The notes under the pieces are model-generated. The model was given only the letters and a program-made list of their open reading frames with translations. It ran no database searches and had not been told where the DNA came from. DNA of 64,000 nucleotides from Felis catus (Eukaryota), in contig NC_058368.1 of the NCBI RefSeq assembly GCF_018350175.1, positions 160,396,001 through 160,460,000 on the forward strand, in the 5' to 3' direction. A program made the position numbers and the translations under genes. Below are positions 36,722 through 50,409 of the stretch, one piece after another (position 1 is the first letter of the stretch; the number at the start of each line of letters is the position of its first letter).

Positions 36722-38580
36722 AATTACTGGTATTTTGATAGGGACTGCATTAAATCTGTAGATTGCTTTGAGTAGTATGGTATGGGTGTTTTAACAATAT
36801 TAATTCGTCCAATCCATGAGCTTGAAATATGTCTCCATTTGTTTGTGTCTTCAATTTCCTTCATTAATGTCTTATAGTTTTCAGAGTAAATGCCTTTAAG
36901 TTTATTTGGAGGTATTTTATTATGTTTGATATAATTGTACATAAGATTGTTTTTTTTTAATTTCTGTGTCTGATAGTTTGTTAATTAGTGTATAAAAACA
37001 CAACAAATTTCTGTGTATTGATTTTGTATCCTGCAACTTTACTGAATTTATTAGTTCTGACAATTTTTTGATGGAATTTTTAGGGTTTTCAATATACAGT
37101 GCCATGCCATCTGCAAATAGTGACAGTTTTATTTCTTCTTTTCCAATTTGAATGCCTTTTACTTCTTTTTCTTGTCTAATTGCTCTAGCAAGGACTTTAG
37201 TATGTTGAATAAAAGTGGCAAGTTTAGGTGTTTTGTCTTGTTCCTGATCTTAGAGGAAAGGTTTTCAGGTTTTCATTATTGAGTACGATGTTAGCTATTG
37301 GTTAGTCATATCTGGTCTTTGTTATATTGAGGTATGTCCCCTTGATCTCCAATGTGTTGAGAGTTTTTATCATTAAAGGATGTTGAATTTCGTTAAATGC
37401 TTTTCCTGCATTTATTGAAATGATCATTTATGATTTTTATTCTTTATTTTGTTAATGTGGTGTAACACATAGCATGTTTCCTGGATGTTGAGCCATTCTG
37501 GGATAAATCCCACTTGATCATGGAACAGAATGTATTGTTGAATTCAGTTTACTAATATCTTATTGAGAAATGTGGCATCTATGTTCATCAGAAATATTGG
37601 CCTGTGATTTTCTTGTGGTATCCCTGTCTGGTTTTGTATCAGGGTAATACTGGCCTATAAAATGAGCTTGGAAGATTTTCCTCCTCTGTATTTTTTTGGA
37701 AGAGTTTGAGAAGAATTGGTATTCTTTGAAAGTTTGGTAGAATTTCCCAGTGAAGCCCTCTGGTCCTGGAGTTTTATTTGTTTGGAGATTTTTGATTTCT
37801 GTTTCAATCTTCTTAGTAATTGGTCCACTTAGATTTTATTTTTTTTCTTTTTTTGTCCATTAAGATTTTCTTTTTTTAATTTTTTAAAATGTTTATTTAT
37901 TTTTGAGAGAGAGAGAATGTGTGCAAGGGGAGGGGGTACAGAGAGAGAGGGAGACACAGAGTCATAGCACTATTGGAAAGGTGCTCTGAGCTGTCAGCAC
38001 AGAGCCTGAGGTGGTGTTTTAACTCACAAACTGTGAGATCATGACCTGAGCAGAAATCAGCTGTTTAATCAACTGAGCACACCTAGATTTTCTATAGTAC
38101 CATGATTCAGTCTTGGTAGGTTGTATGTTTCTAGAAATTTATTCATTTCCTTAAGGTTCTCCAACTTGTTGACATATAATTGTTCAAAGTAGTCTCTTAC
38201 AATTCTTCGTACTTCTGTGTTATCAGTTATAATGTGTCCACTTTAATATCTGATTATATTTGAGTCCTCTCTTTTTTCTTGGTGAGTTTAGCTAAAGGCT
38301 TGTCAATTTTATCTTTTCAAAGAACCAGCTCTTAGTTTTTTTAATCTTCTCTATTGTCTTTTCAGTCTCTATGTCACTTATTTCTGCTCCAATCTTTTTC
38401 ATTTTCCCTTCTTTCTAACATGGGGCTTCATTTGTAGTTCTTTTTTGAGTTTTTTTTTTGGGGGGGGGTATAAAGGTGGTTATTTGATATTTTACTTGTT
38501 TATTTATGCACTTATTTCTATGGATTTCCCTCTTATCCTGGGTTTTGCTGTAACCCACAAATTTTGGTATAATTGTATCT
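36722..38580 (-). mobile_element. L1 ORF2 fragment (endonuclease-RT linker and RT region)
   Basis: ORF-track peptides [31 protein letters not shown] and [18 protein letters not shown] are L1 ORF2. Confidence 0.92.
37871..38079 (-). mobile_element. CanSINE nested in L1 (slightly 5'-truncated)
   Basis: Reversed SINEC_Fc body flanked by cattaagattttc/cacctagattttc. Confidence 0.9.
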
Positions 38581-38630
38581 TTTTGAAATGTAGGCTTATA
38601 AAACAAGGACATATATTTAAATAAGTGTTC

Positions 38631-38866
38631 TTTATTTTTTTAATGTTTATTTATTTATTTTTGAAAGACAGAAATAGAGAGTGAACAGGGGAGGGGCAGA
38701 GAGAGAAGGAGACAGAGAATGCCAAGCAGGCTCCACACTGTCAGCACAAAGCACTATGTGGGGCTCAAACTCACATGAGTGAGTTCATAAGATCAGGCCG
38801 TGAGATCATGGCCTGAGCTGAAATCAGGAGTTAGTTCCTTAACTGATTAGGCCACCCTGGCACCCC
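38631..38866 (-). mobile_element. CanSINE
   Basis: TSD taagtgttctt/taagtgtctt. Small internal insertion near 38775-38797. Confidence 0.92.
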
Positions 38867-39739
38867 AGTAAGTGTCTTAGATTTAAATGTCCTTTATATG
38901 TCACAGTTACACAATCAGAGTAATTTCTTATATTAGTGTCCACCAAATAAAAACTTATTCCCTTACTTTGAGATCTTATGTTCTAAATATTAGGGCAAAA
39001 ATTATCTTTCCAGCTATGTATTGTTTATATAGGCTCTTCACTAGTATTTGTAGCGACTTCCTACTGTTATCACCCTTATGTATTGTAATATTTAATAAGT
39101 CCTTGGATCCTCTAATATAACTTGAAGCAAAATAAATATAAAAAGGGGGGTAAGCTAAAAAAAAGTGTGCCTCAATATATTACCATTCACTGTGAGGGAA
39201 AGATGACAATGCAACATGAATTTTAGTAATAGTGAACACTGTGAATTTTTAATAATTGACTTTTTCCTTTTATAGATGAATGATAAATATTTCCTAATAA
39301 TTATTAACATCCTTAATAAACATTTTCTTCTTTAGTTTGTAATACATTATTCAATAGTATAAATATTGATTTTTAAATCCTTTTATTACTGATAAAATAA
39401 TAAGAGAAGAAGAGCTTTATGACATGATATTTTAAATTGGAATTCTACTTGATGACTTTTTGCCTAATTAAAATTTTCTCTTCAAATTTTATAATATTTG
39501 GTATAGGTAAGCTTTATAATGCTAAGATAATACTGTTTTATAAAATAAAAATGAAAGTCTACTGGAATTTAAGGGCTCTGTAAAATACATTTTCAACACT
39601 ATCAAATGCCAACAAAATCACTCTGTGTGGTTTTATTTGCAGGTTTTAAGTAACAATGTTTTTTGTCTTCTGGACATTTATATTTCTCCTGACATAACCT
39701 TAACTTTATCTGTGTGTACATTTTCCTCTGAATACGTAT

Positions 39740-40128
39740 GCTTCAGGAGATACTGGTCATAACTCAAGCCCCAGGTTATGGGTCTTGATTATTTTAAGCC
39801 AAATCATGATATTTCTATTTTCCTTGCCAATGATTGAGCTTAACTATGAGCATGTGATGGAATTCTGCCCAATGGGATATGAGAAAGCCTGATGGAAGGT
39901 TTCATCTGGATATGAGGACTAGAACTGCTGTAGCCATATGCTACCAGCATGAGAATGATACTAACACACAGAGATAAGAACCAAGGGGATTGAAAACAAG
40001 ATGAGTCCAAAGGACTTGGCCTACATATGGAATTCTTGGTTTTTGTTATTATAAAATCCTTTAGTGTTTAAACTACTTGATATCAGAGTTTCCTGTTACT
40101 TGAAGCTGAACACATCCTAACTGATACA
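39740..40128 (+). mobile_element. MaLR LTR (MLT1-type)
   Basis: catgtgatggaattctgcccaatgggatatgag...tgttacttgaagctgaacacatcctaactgataca terminus. Confidence 0.75.
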
Positions 40129-41089
40129 ATGTTCTGTAATAATGATTTCTTGAACAGGTGTTAGAACAGGTTGAGTTAAGTTCAGTGTAGGGTCAAGCAT
40201 ATGAATGCCATTATATTTCTTGCACATGAAGAACTTATACTCTAGTTATTTAAAAATAAGAAAATTACAATACACTTGACAAATTAGTAAATAAAATATA
40301 TTGAAATAACATGAGATATTTATGAGTGAAGAGATGTTCACCCTGTTAAAGAAGAAAAATATTAGGATCCAAGTAAGCTTCATAGAAAAGAGGATGCTTC
40401 AACAAGATTTGAGGTGATTGAGCTAAGATTTTGTTTAAGTACCAGGACATTCAATTAAGAGTGGCATTATATTTTGTCATTACAAAAACTTAAGCATTTT
40501 AGGGTTAGAATGTTCACAGGAGCAATGATGACATTGATAACCCAATTCTTCTATCTTTTGCCTTCATGACAACAAAATGACTGTTGGGTCTCTAAGGACC
40601 ATGCCTATTTTTGAAATAGGAGTAAGAGAATAGAGGGATAAAGGGCTTTCCCCTGGACCAGGATGTGTTATCCTGGGAAGCCTATGTGTGATAGTGAGAA
40701 CTGAATTTAACCTTTATCATGTTTACGTGTCCTACGGATAGGATAACTCAAGCATTCATGAGATATGAATCCAGACCAGACTGTGTGCAGAACTATTCTA
40801 TCCCTGTGTATGTAAACTGGTTTGGAGGGGTATAGCTAAGCTTCTACGTGGTCTAATGAGACATTTACTTAATCAGCAAATGATCTACAACCATGTGACT
40901 ATAAGAATAGCCATTTTTATAGAGCCCTAAGTTGATACTTTGTACTGGTTTTAGATAAAAGTTATTAATTACTATTGTATTTAGTGACTGTGCTTACTTA
41001 TTTCTGTATCCTTTATATGACTAACCCTTGTTTGAGCTCCCAGGTGGGATCTACGTGTCAATCAACGATAGCATTTTTTCAATATGGTT

Positions 41090-41365
41090 GTCATTGCTGC
41101 CATCAGCCAATTGTCAACAGGATTTTGAGAGATTAATATTCAAGTTTCCTTGCTCCCTATTTAGATATTTCTGAGGAGTATTCTTCACTCTCTCCTAGGG
41201 TTCTCCAGTAGTGTTGAGTTCTAATGGCCCACAGTTGTTCGGTTTGATAACATACTTTACTGAGGTCCTTCTTGTCCTTGTCTCGCTTTTCCATTCTCTT
41301 ACTGCTATTTGCTGGAATGACCTCACAAAGAAACTATTTGCAATTAAATCCTTGCTTCAAAGGAA
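41090..41365 (+). mobile_element. ERVL LTR fragment (LTR16-like)
   Basis: tggaatgacctcacaaagaaactatttgcaattaaatccttgcttca resembles the LTR16 poly-A signal region. Confidence 0.6.
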
Positions 41366-43072
41366 TGATTTTTATAGTTTGTTTCAAAGGAAGGATGCTT
41401 CTAGTTTACCTCTAGAAGATGTCAAAATATGACCACCAAAACTAGATTATTTCTTTAAATGCTATAATTATGACATATAAAATATCTAGGGGAAAGCCTA
41501 GGAAAATTCAATCTATTCCACATGTATTCAAAAATTTGTAGGACAATGATATTTACAAAAAAATAATAAAAGAAAATTCAAAATTCTACTTACATAAGAG
41601 AGGTTGAATTTTATTTATTTCATCTGCTACATTGTGGGAAATGTAATAACTGTATATATTTTAAAAATAATCATTAAAAATGCAAGATTATACATCAACA
41701 ACCCATATTAGTATACCTGGACCTTTTTGGTTCTTGTCCCAAAGGTCCACAGGCTTTCTGATTTCTTTTCTCTGAAGATACTGCAAAGTATTTATCTAAA
41801 TGTCTAGACAAGTTGTTGACCATCAAGGTTTTATCATTAAGGTCTCTTAGCCTTTTAAGTAGTAACTGAGAACATGTGGGTACTGTATTCAAGTCTAGAA
41901 AAATTTCTAGAATCTAGAATAGAAAATGGGAATTAACTATATTTTAAATGGAGACACTGAATAAATGCTTACATTTAAATATGTATACCTGTAAGTAGTT
42001 CTATTTTAACTTGAGAGTTAATATCTGTTTTGTAGATGAAATAATTTATTTTCTCTAAAAAATGGGATGAAATTGAGACATAATGCAATTTAAATGTGCT
42101 GTGATTAAAAAACTAGAATATTATATCCATAAATTGTATAGGATTGGTTCATATAATCTTGAAGATATATGAATTATAATTTTTCCACCTGAATTTTCTG
42201 GACAATGTTTAAAATATACTTCTTGACAATTTTATTTCTTCTTCTTAAAAAAATAATTATAATTTATTTGATAAACATTTTTGTATTTCCTAACCTCCCT
42301 AATTGGCATTTGGGAATTTTAATTTATATAGTATAAGGTAATAGATGTCTGTACGCAAGGAAAGTTGTCTTAAAATCGGGAGTTTTGCTCTAAGTTTGTT
42401 AGCAATTATGGTGTATTGATAATATATATGAAGTAAAGCCTCATTCTAATCATGAGTCAAAAGAATACTTCACAAAGCCCTGTAATTACTGGCAATCAAA
42501 TAGGATTCATACATTATTATTACTCTGAAGGAAAATCAAAGTCTATGGCTATTATTGAAAGAATATTTGCATTTATATAAGGTAAATCTTATTTTAAAAC
42601 TACATAATATATTATGTTAGTTAAAAAAATACTCATTATAAAATGAAGAACTTGAACCTCAGAAAAAGAAGCCAGATAAATTGAGAAGCTTTAAGATACA
42701 ATGGCATTCAGTAGAGTTAAAAGTTAACTGTGTGGAAATACATGTATTTTAATAATACTGAAAATTAAGCCATGGGAGTTAGAGATGGCTTATCCAGGTA
42801 GATACCACACATATTAATCTTGTACCTATAAATATGTAGGAGGTCATTAGACCAGGTGATAGTACTGAAATTAACCATTAAACAAAATGTGGAGACTGAG
42901 TTGTTGATTATTAACCATAGTAACGAAGAAGATTCTTTTCTCTGGGAGATATTCTACTTCCAAGAAAAGACTAGTAAATGGAAGACTCCTTCCTTTAGAA
43001 GAATGGCACCGCTTTGAAATTCGAAGTGAACTGAAAAAAAATGGAACCAAATTGATCATAAAATAGTACTTA

Positions 43073-44704
43073 TTTTTTTTATGTTTATTTATTTATTTTG
43101 AAAGAGAGAGAATAGGGGATGGGCAGAGAGAGGGAGCGAGAATCCCAAGCAGGTCCCACGCCCGTCAGCCCTGAGCCCAGTGTGGGGCTTGAGCTCAAAT
43201 ACCTTGAGATCATGACCTGAGCAGAATCCAAGAGTCAGAAACTTTTTTTTTATGTATATTTATTTATTTAATAGTTTAAACTTATTATTTCAAATAGTTT
43301 TAAGTTTCCAGAAGATTTCCAAAGAAAATACAAAGATGTCTTGTATTCCCATCATGCTGGTTCCTCTAATGTTCCCTTCATACATAACCCTGGCCCATTT
43401 ATCAACAATCCACTTATAACATTGTTACAGTAAAATATATATTTTTAAAGTGTACAATGTGTTGTTTTGCTATACCACATATGTTTATGGAGGGCTTATA
43501 GGAGATAACATTTCTTTATCCTTGATAATCTGAAAATAAATTTAACTTTGCCTTCATATTTGAATAATATTTTGCCTGAAGAAAATTTCAGTTTCAAAAT
43601 AATTTTCACTTAGAACTTTGAAGATAATTATCTAGTATCCTGTTGAATCTAGAGTTGATGTGACATGTGATACCAGCCCGATTCTTTTTTTCAGTGAATA
43701 ATCCCCCTGCCCCATCTTTCCTTTTACCTTTTTGACTTTATCCTTAAATTATACATAAATGTGGTTTAAACTTATATAAAAATGTATCCAGGTGTGAGAA
43801 CTTTTTCATTCATCCTCTTTGGTCCTTCAGTTTTAAGGTCAGGATTTTTTTTTCAGGTATAAGAGTGTGTCTTCCATTATTTTCTTGATTTTTTTTCTTG
43901 GTTCCTTTCTTTCTGGTCATTTCTTTTTTTTTTTTTTTTGATTTTTATTTTTTTTTAATTTTTTTTATATGAAATTTATTGACAAATTGGTTTCCATACA
44001 ACACCCAGTGCTCATCCCAAAAGGTGCCCTCCTCAATACCCATCACCCACCCTCTCCTCCCTCCCACCCCCCATCAATCCTCAGTTTGTTCTCAGTTTTT
44101 AACAGTCTCTTATGCTTTGGCTCTCTCCCACTCTAACCTGTTTTTTTTCTTTCCTTCCCCTCCCCCATGGGTTCCTGTTAAGTTTCTCAGGGTCCACATA
44201 AGAGTGAAACCATATGGTATCTGTCTTTCTCTGTATGGCTTATTTCACTTAGCATCCCACTCTCCAGTTCCATCCACGTTGCTACAAAAGGCCATATTTC
44301 ATTTTTTCTCATTGCCACGTAATATTCCATTGTGTATATAACCCACAATTTCTTTATCCATTCATCAGTTGATGGACATTTAGGCTCTTTCCATAATTTG
44401 GCTATTGTTGAGAGTGCTGCTATGAACATTGGGGTACAAGTGGCCCTATGCATCAGTACTCCTGTATCCCTTGGATAAATTCCTAGCAGTTCTATTGCTG
44501 GGTCATAGGGTAGGTCTATTTTTAATTTTCTGAGGAACCTCCACACTGCTTTCCAGAGCGGCTGCACCAATTTGCATTCCCACCAACAGTGCAAGAGGGT
44601 TCCCGTTTCTCCACATCCTCTCCAGCATCTATAGTCTCCTGATTTGTTCATTTTGGCCACTCCAAGAGTCAGAAACTTAACCAACTGAGCCAACTAGGTG
44701 CCCC
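43073..44704 (-). mobile_element. CanSINE split by an L1 insertion (parts 43073-43244 and 44661-44704)
   Basis: SINE TSD atcat(a/c)aaatagtactta at 43055-43072 and 44705-44722. Confidence 0.93.
43245..44660 (-). mobile_element. 5'-truncated feline L1 carrying a ~670-bp 3' transduction
   Basis: Perfect 18-bp TSD tccaagagtcagaaactt at 43227-43244 and 44661-44678. L1 ORF2 C-terminus ([26 protein letters not shown]) and 3'UTR at 43967-44660, first tail at 43924-43966, extra sequence at 43252-43923, second tail at 43243-43251. Confidence 0.9.
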
Positions 44705-44899
44705 ATCATCAAATAGTACTTAAATAACCAGACAGAATGAAAGATGAGGAGCAACTCTAGAACAAAGTAATAGGATAAAATATCATTAGGAGCAACATTC
44801 CTAATAACAAAGGAAACTGTAGAAAAACGGCTGAACTTTGTTACTTCATTGTTTGCTTTAATACTGTTTAATTTTGGGTCTATTTTCTTGGATTGTCAA

Positions 44900-45380
44900 A
44901 GCAAATTCAATAAAAATAATAAGTTTTTAGTATTAAAGGAAAGGAAGTACAAATACAATACAGGATTAACAAGTTAAATGGGGACTATGTACTACTAAAA
45001 TTTAATTGGAAGTATCAGTATGGATGCATGTTTTTCTAAGAAAAAAAGACAAGTCTTTTCTGGCTTTGTCCATCGAAACATTTCACCTTAGTGCTCAGAT
45101 TCTCATTGTTAATGGTACTTTTCCACTAACATGAACCTGAGTTCCTTGGAGAGGTTAGAAGCAGGAAGGTATAAATGAGACTGGAAAATCATGTTGTGTC
45201 TGAAAGCAAGGAGGCTTTTAAATATTAATGGAATCATGTCCAAGGGTCATAGAAGCCAATGTTAATGGGGCTCTCTTAGGCCAAAGTTGTGAGAATTAGA
45301 GTATCAAAAGGGGAGAAATAACTATGGTCCATTGGAACAAATTAAATCTAAAAAGCCATGAATCATTAAGTATTATAAAA
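44900..45380 (+). mobile_element. Old L1 (L1MC4-like) 3' region
   Basis: gttccttggagag..gaagcaggaagg..; ggccaaagttgtgagaattagagtatcaaaa motifs. Confidence 0.6.
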
Positions 45381-45584
45381 TTAAGCCATTTAATCATCCT
45401 GTCTATTCATTTTATTGCATCAGTGAAAAAAATAAACTATAATTGTTAGCATAAATGGTATTTTCCCAATCATGGGAAATATCAGTTAAAACAGACATGT
45501 GTGACCTGGAGGCAGACAATACCAAGTGAAGTGTCAAAAATTCGCTTGGATAAAATATTAAGTACCTTAGAATTATGTGGGCAT

Positions 45585-45748
45585 GAGGTGCCTGGTTGGC
45601 TCAGTCGGTTGGATGTCCATCTTTGGCTCAGGTCATGATCTCATGGTTTGTGAGTTCAAGCCCCACATCTGGCTCTGTGCTGACAGCTGGGAGCCTGAAG
45701 CCTGCTTTGAATTCTGTGTCTCCCTTTCTTTGCCCCTCTCCCACTCAT

Positions 45749-45802
<54 letters not shown>

Positions 45803-45837
45803 AAGAATAAAATAAACATTGAAAAATTTGATGTAAA
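45585..45837 (+). mobile_element. CanSINE with (CT)n expansion
   Basis: TSD gaattatgtgggc/gaattctgtgggc. Confidence 0.93.
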
Positions 45838-46062
45838 GGAATTCTGTGGGCTTAAGAATATATTATGAGATTGAATCTAGTCAAAAAGAATTGTAGTTAG
45901 GTTTCTGAAGATCCTGGTAATGATGTGAATCATCCATTTAGGCTTTGATTTTTGAGGCAAAATCTTAATAAACTGTTTCCAGTATTAAAACACCTAAGAG
46001 AACTTTAAATTCATGGTATTTATAAGTTTAGTATATTAAATTTATAAGAAATATTTTATATT

Positions 46063-46230
46063 GGGGCAACTGAGTGGCTCAGCCAGTTGAGTGTCTGACT
46101 CTTGGTTTCAGCTCAGGCCATGATCTCACACGGCTCAGGAGATCGAGCCTCATGTTGGACTTTGTGCTGACAGCACAAAACCTGTTTGGGATTCTTTCTC
46201 TTCCTCTCTCTCTGCCTTTCCCTTACTTGT

Positions 46231-46281
<51 letters not shown>

Positions 46282-46296
46282 ATAAACGTAAAAAAA
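46063..46296 (+). mobile_element. CanSINE with (CT)n expansion
   Basis: Head ggggcaactgagtggctcag, CT block and A tail. Confidence 0.93.
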
Positions 46297-47746
46297 GAAT
46301 TATATTCACAAAGTTGGTGTCTGTTAATTCACACAATATAAATAGTTGGAAAGGTAATACTTGAAGTAACCTAGCTAAATATACCTCATATGCAGACCAT
46401 TAACCATTACCATTGGCGTGTCTGTTCCATTCCCTGGTCCATAACTGTTTGACCTACAACAGGCTAACATCAACAAGGAAAAAATCTGCCCACCATCAAT
46501 AAATTCCTTTCTCACTGTATTCACAGTCTCTAACCTCATCTGGACAGGATTTTTGTGTCTCCTGAATCCTATTTTCCTGGCCTAAACCAGGAATTACCTA
46601 GTTTCATGCATAAGTAAAAGGGAGATGATAGAATAAAAAATGCCTACTTTACACTCCATTTTATGCTGTAGCAGTTTCTCATTCTGTGAACTCCTCTTTG
46701 TGATGCTTATAATGCAGGAAAAAGTCCAGGTCCTACAAAGGACAACATCCAGAGTTTTGTGGCTTTACGTACCTCCAAAATGATATTCCAACTTAATTTA
46801 GTATTAAAATATCTTAATGGGAATATACTTGTTCTCCTTCGGGTTGTTCTCCTTCAGGCTGTTAAGTGCTATTTGTGCATGCTTTTTGAGGTACACATTT
46901 CCAAATACATTTGTGAAGTGCTACACAATTTAAACCATATACTTTAAATTACATGTAAAAGATAGTATAACATTAACATATGCCCATCAGGAAGGCCTCT
47001 CCTCCCTGTCTATCTCCTTCAAGGGTTTCTTTGAATCATTGAGAAGGCATGTCTATAGCATAATGAATATACAGGTCTGAGTGTGTGATGAAAGCTACCA
47101 TTTCATCACCCACTGTAATTCATGTTATACACTGTAAAAGTTGAATATTTAAACTATAAAGAGACAGTTAATATTATCCTACTCTGGACATAGCTACTTT
47201 TTACATCTAAAATGTGACCACTTTTATGGATACTAAATATTTTTCTGGACAAATGCAATGCTTTCTTTTCAACAAATGTTATCTATTTAGATAGATGTTA
47301 CTTGTCTCAATGAGCCTTTTTAATATTTTCGACTTATGTCTCTTTCCTTCCTTGCCTGAGTGGTAAGAGGTTTCTTCTTCTCTGATTACCCTGGTGTAGT
47401 TTTTAGATGGATAGAAATCTGAATAACCAATTTAAAGAACAATTATCTAGCAATGTGATGTAATTTCCCTCTTGGGCATATGTCCTAGAAGTACTGCATG
47501 TGCACCAGGTCACAATGTATAAGGATGTTCCTGATAATGCTATTAATGGTAACAAAAGGCTGGAAGTAGCCCAAAGACAACTGAGAAAAGATTAGAATAT
47601 TTTATGGTCATGAAAATCAGTCTATTACAGTTCATGTAAATAGAGAAATGACTTTCAAGAACATGTTGAATAAAAAACTCAAGTAATGTGGAATGACTAC
47701 TGTTATGTAACACCGTGCAAGACTAACTGTTGTATTGTTTAGAGTC

Positions 47747-47985
47747 TTTAAATTTTTTTTTAATCTTTACTTATTTTTGAGAGAGACAGAGAGAGACAGA
47801 GAGAGACAGAGAGACAGAGTGACAGCAGGGGAGGGGCAGAGAAAGAAGGAGACACAGAATCTGAAGCAGGCTCCAGGCTCTGAGCTGTCAGCACAGAGCC
47901 CAACGTGGGGCTCAAACTCAAAAAAGTGAGGTCATGACCTGAGCCAAAGTCAGACACCTAACCAAATGAACCACCTAGGCGCCCC
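47747..47985 (-). mobile_element. CanSINE (SINEC_Fc)
   Basis: Reversed body ending ggcgcccc, within old L1ME-like sequence (~47430-48110). Confidence 0.94.
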
Positions 47986-48119
47986 AATATCATTTAGTTC
48001 TTTAGAGTTATCTTTGTAAAATTAAAAACAAAATCAACAAAATGGTAAATTAAAAAATGTGGTTTCCTAGTCAGAAGAATTTGTTATTGTAAACGGGTGG
48101 TAGGTGTCCTTATGTTTTA

Positions 48120-49360
48120 TTTTTTTTTTCTCTGAATTTGTACATCTTGATCATCTTCATCCAGTTTTCTCACTCCCAACTCCCCATATCTTATAACTAC
48201 AAACCTGATTTATTTTTCTATGAATTTTTGTTCATTTGTTTTGCTTGTTTTTTTGGGTGCCATATATAATAAGTGAGGTCATACAATATTTGTGTTCTCT
48301 GTCTGACTTATTTCATTTAGCGTAATGCCCTCAAGGTCCGTCCATGTTGTTGCAAATGACAGGATCTCCTTCTTTATGGATACATAATACTCCATTGTGT
48401 ACAAATACAGCAGTTTCTTTATCCATTCATCTATCTATGGACATTTAAGGTTCTTTCCATGTCATAATATTATATGCTGCTATGAACAGGGGAGTACAGA
48501 TGTCTTTGGCATAGTGTTTTCATTTCCTTTGGATGTAATTCCAAAAGTGAAATTATTGTATCTTATGGTAGTTTTATTTTTAATTTTTTGAGAAAACTTC
48601 ACACTGTTTTCTATAATGGCTGTGCCAGTTTATAATCCCACCAACAGTGAACGAGGATTCCCTTTTATCCATATTCTTGTGAACACTTTTTTTTTAATAA
48701 CCATTCTAATAGGTGTGAGGTAATAAATATCTCATTAGGTTTTAACTTGAATTTCCCTAATTATTAGTGATATTGAGTATTTCTTCATGCCCCTATTGGT
48801 CATTGGTGTATCTTCTTTGGAAGAATGTCTATTTAGGTTGTTGCCTCATTTTTAAATTGAAGTATTTATTTTTTGACTATTGAGTTCTATGGCTTTTTAA
48901 AATACATTTTTGATATTAGCCCTTATCAGAGACATGGTTTGCAAATATATTTTCCCACTTTGAAGGTTGTCTTGTCATTTTGTTGATTGTTTCTTTTGTT
49001 AGGCAGAAACATTTCAGTCTGATGTAGTCCTCCTCATTTATTTTTTATTTTGTTGCTTGCACTTTAGGTGTCATATCCAAAAGTCATTGCCAAAAGCAAT
49101 GTCAAGGAGCTTGTTTCCTATACTTTCCTTTAGGAGTTTAAAGGTTTCTGGATTCATATATAAGTCTTGAACCCATTTAAAGTTAATTTTTGTGAGTTAC
49201 AGAAGAGAGGTCTAGTTTGATTCTTTTACATGTGAATATGCAATATTCCCAGCACTATTTATTTAAAAAAATGTATTTTTTCTATTGAGAATTCTTGGTT
49301 GTTTTGTTATATATTATTTAGCAGTTTATGCACAGTTTTATTTCTAGGCTCTTGCTTCTG
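48120..49360 (-). mobile_element. L1 (L1MA9/carnivore-type) 3' fragment
   Basis: gtctgacttatttcatttagcgtaatgccctcaaggtccgtccatgttgttgcaaatg...aatgtcaaggagc. Confidence 0.9.
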
Positions 49361-49929
49361 CTTACGGTTTTTATTATTTTTAAGCACTTCACATTTGTTG
49401 TGAATTTTTCAGTGTGTGGAATTTTTATGTATAACAAAAACAAACTCCAAAAAACTACAAATAAAATCTTGTTTGAAATATTAGGCATCTTAAAAAGACT
49501 TTGAGGGTAGACGAAATTTTGGTTAAACTATTCCTCTCAAAGAAAAGGAAAAACAATCTAAAAGAATTAATAAAAGGAGGAGAATGTGGTTGAAAAGGAA
49601 ATTGACATTTGCATGAAAGTTGTGGCCATTGTGAAGGTGGGGTCAGATCACAAAAGACAAAACATCTATTTCAAGGTTTTTCTAAGAATTTTTTCTCTTT
49701 TTTTTCTACTGGGAAAATTAACCTGTAGAATCAATTCTTCTCTCTCATTCAATCAGTGGAGTCATGTAATTCTTTTAAGAGAGTATATTGGGTGGATTAG
49801 ATAAAGCTTACAAACAATTAAAAGGAATCACCAAAAAGTTATTCATGTAGATAGAAAGCTAATTACATACTAGGAAGTAGCCAAATTAGTACTTTTAGTA
49901 CTATTAGTACTGTAATAACATACAAATTG

Positions 49930-50050
49930 TTTAGGGATTTTGGTTAAAATTCAAATTCTGAATCAGTAGATCTGGGGTGATTTTGTCATTTTTAACAGGT
50001 TCAGCATAATGACTATGCTGCTTGTCCTTGCATTGCACTTTGAGTAGCAG
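49930..50050 (+). mobile_element. MER5-type hAT MITE fragment
   Basis: attctgaatcagtagatctggggtg...cactttgagtagca. Confidence 0.6.
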
Positions 50051-50409
50051 AGTCAAAGTTTTCCCCAGCTACAATACTTAAAACCTGTAATAGCTTAAGT
50101 TGTGGAATTTTCAAGGGTATGTAAGTTTAAATGGGAAGTATCTGCACTATAATGCTAAAAGTAGAAACATAGGCAATGAAGATAAATTTTGAACAACTAT
50201 AGATAGTGAACTTAAAATTTTAGAGGAGTATATTCTGTTTCCTGGTATAAAGATTGTATCTCCTTTTTGGCTAATGTTATGCTGGCAATGCCAGGAAATA
50301 GTGCTTTTTTAGAAAATAAATTGAAAGGTGATTCTCAATTAGTGCTTATATTTTAGTATTTTTTTTTGACTATTTTCAGTGTTTGTTTCTTTTAAAAAAA
50401 AGATATGTT

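Noticed and set aside
44187..44693. 168-aa ORF as an expressed protein
   Set aside because: L1 ORF2 C-terminus fused by chance to a SINE head, with no promoter evidence.
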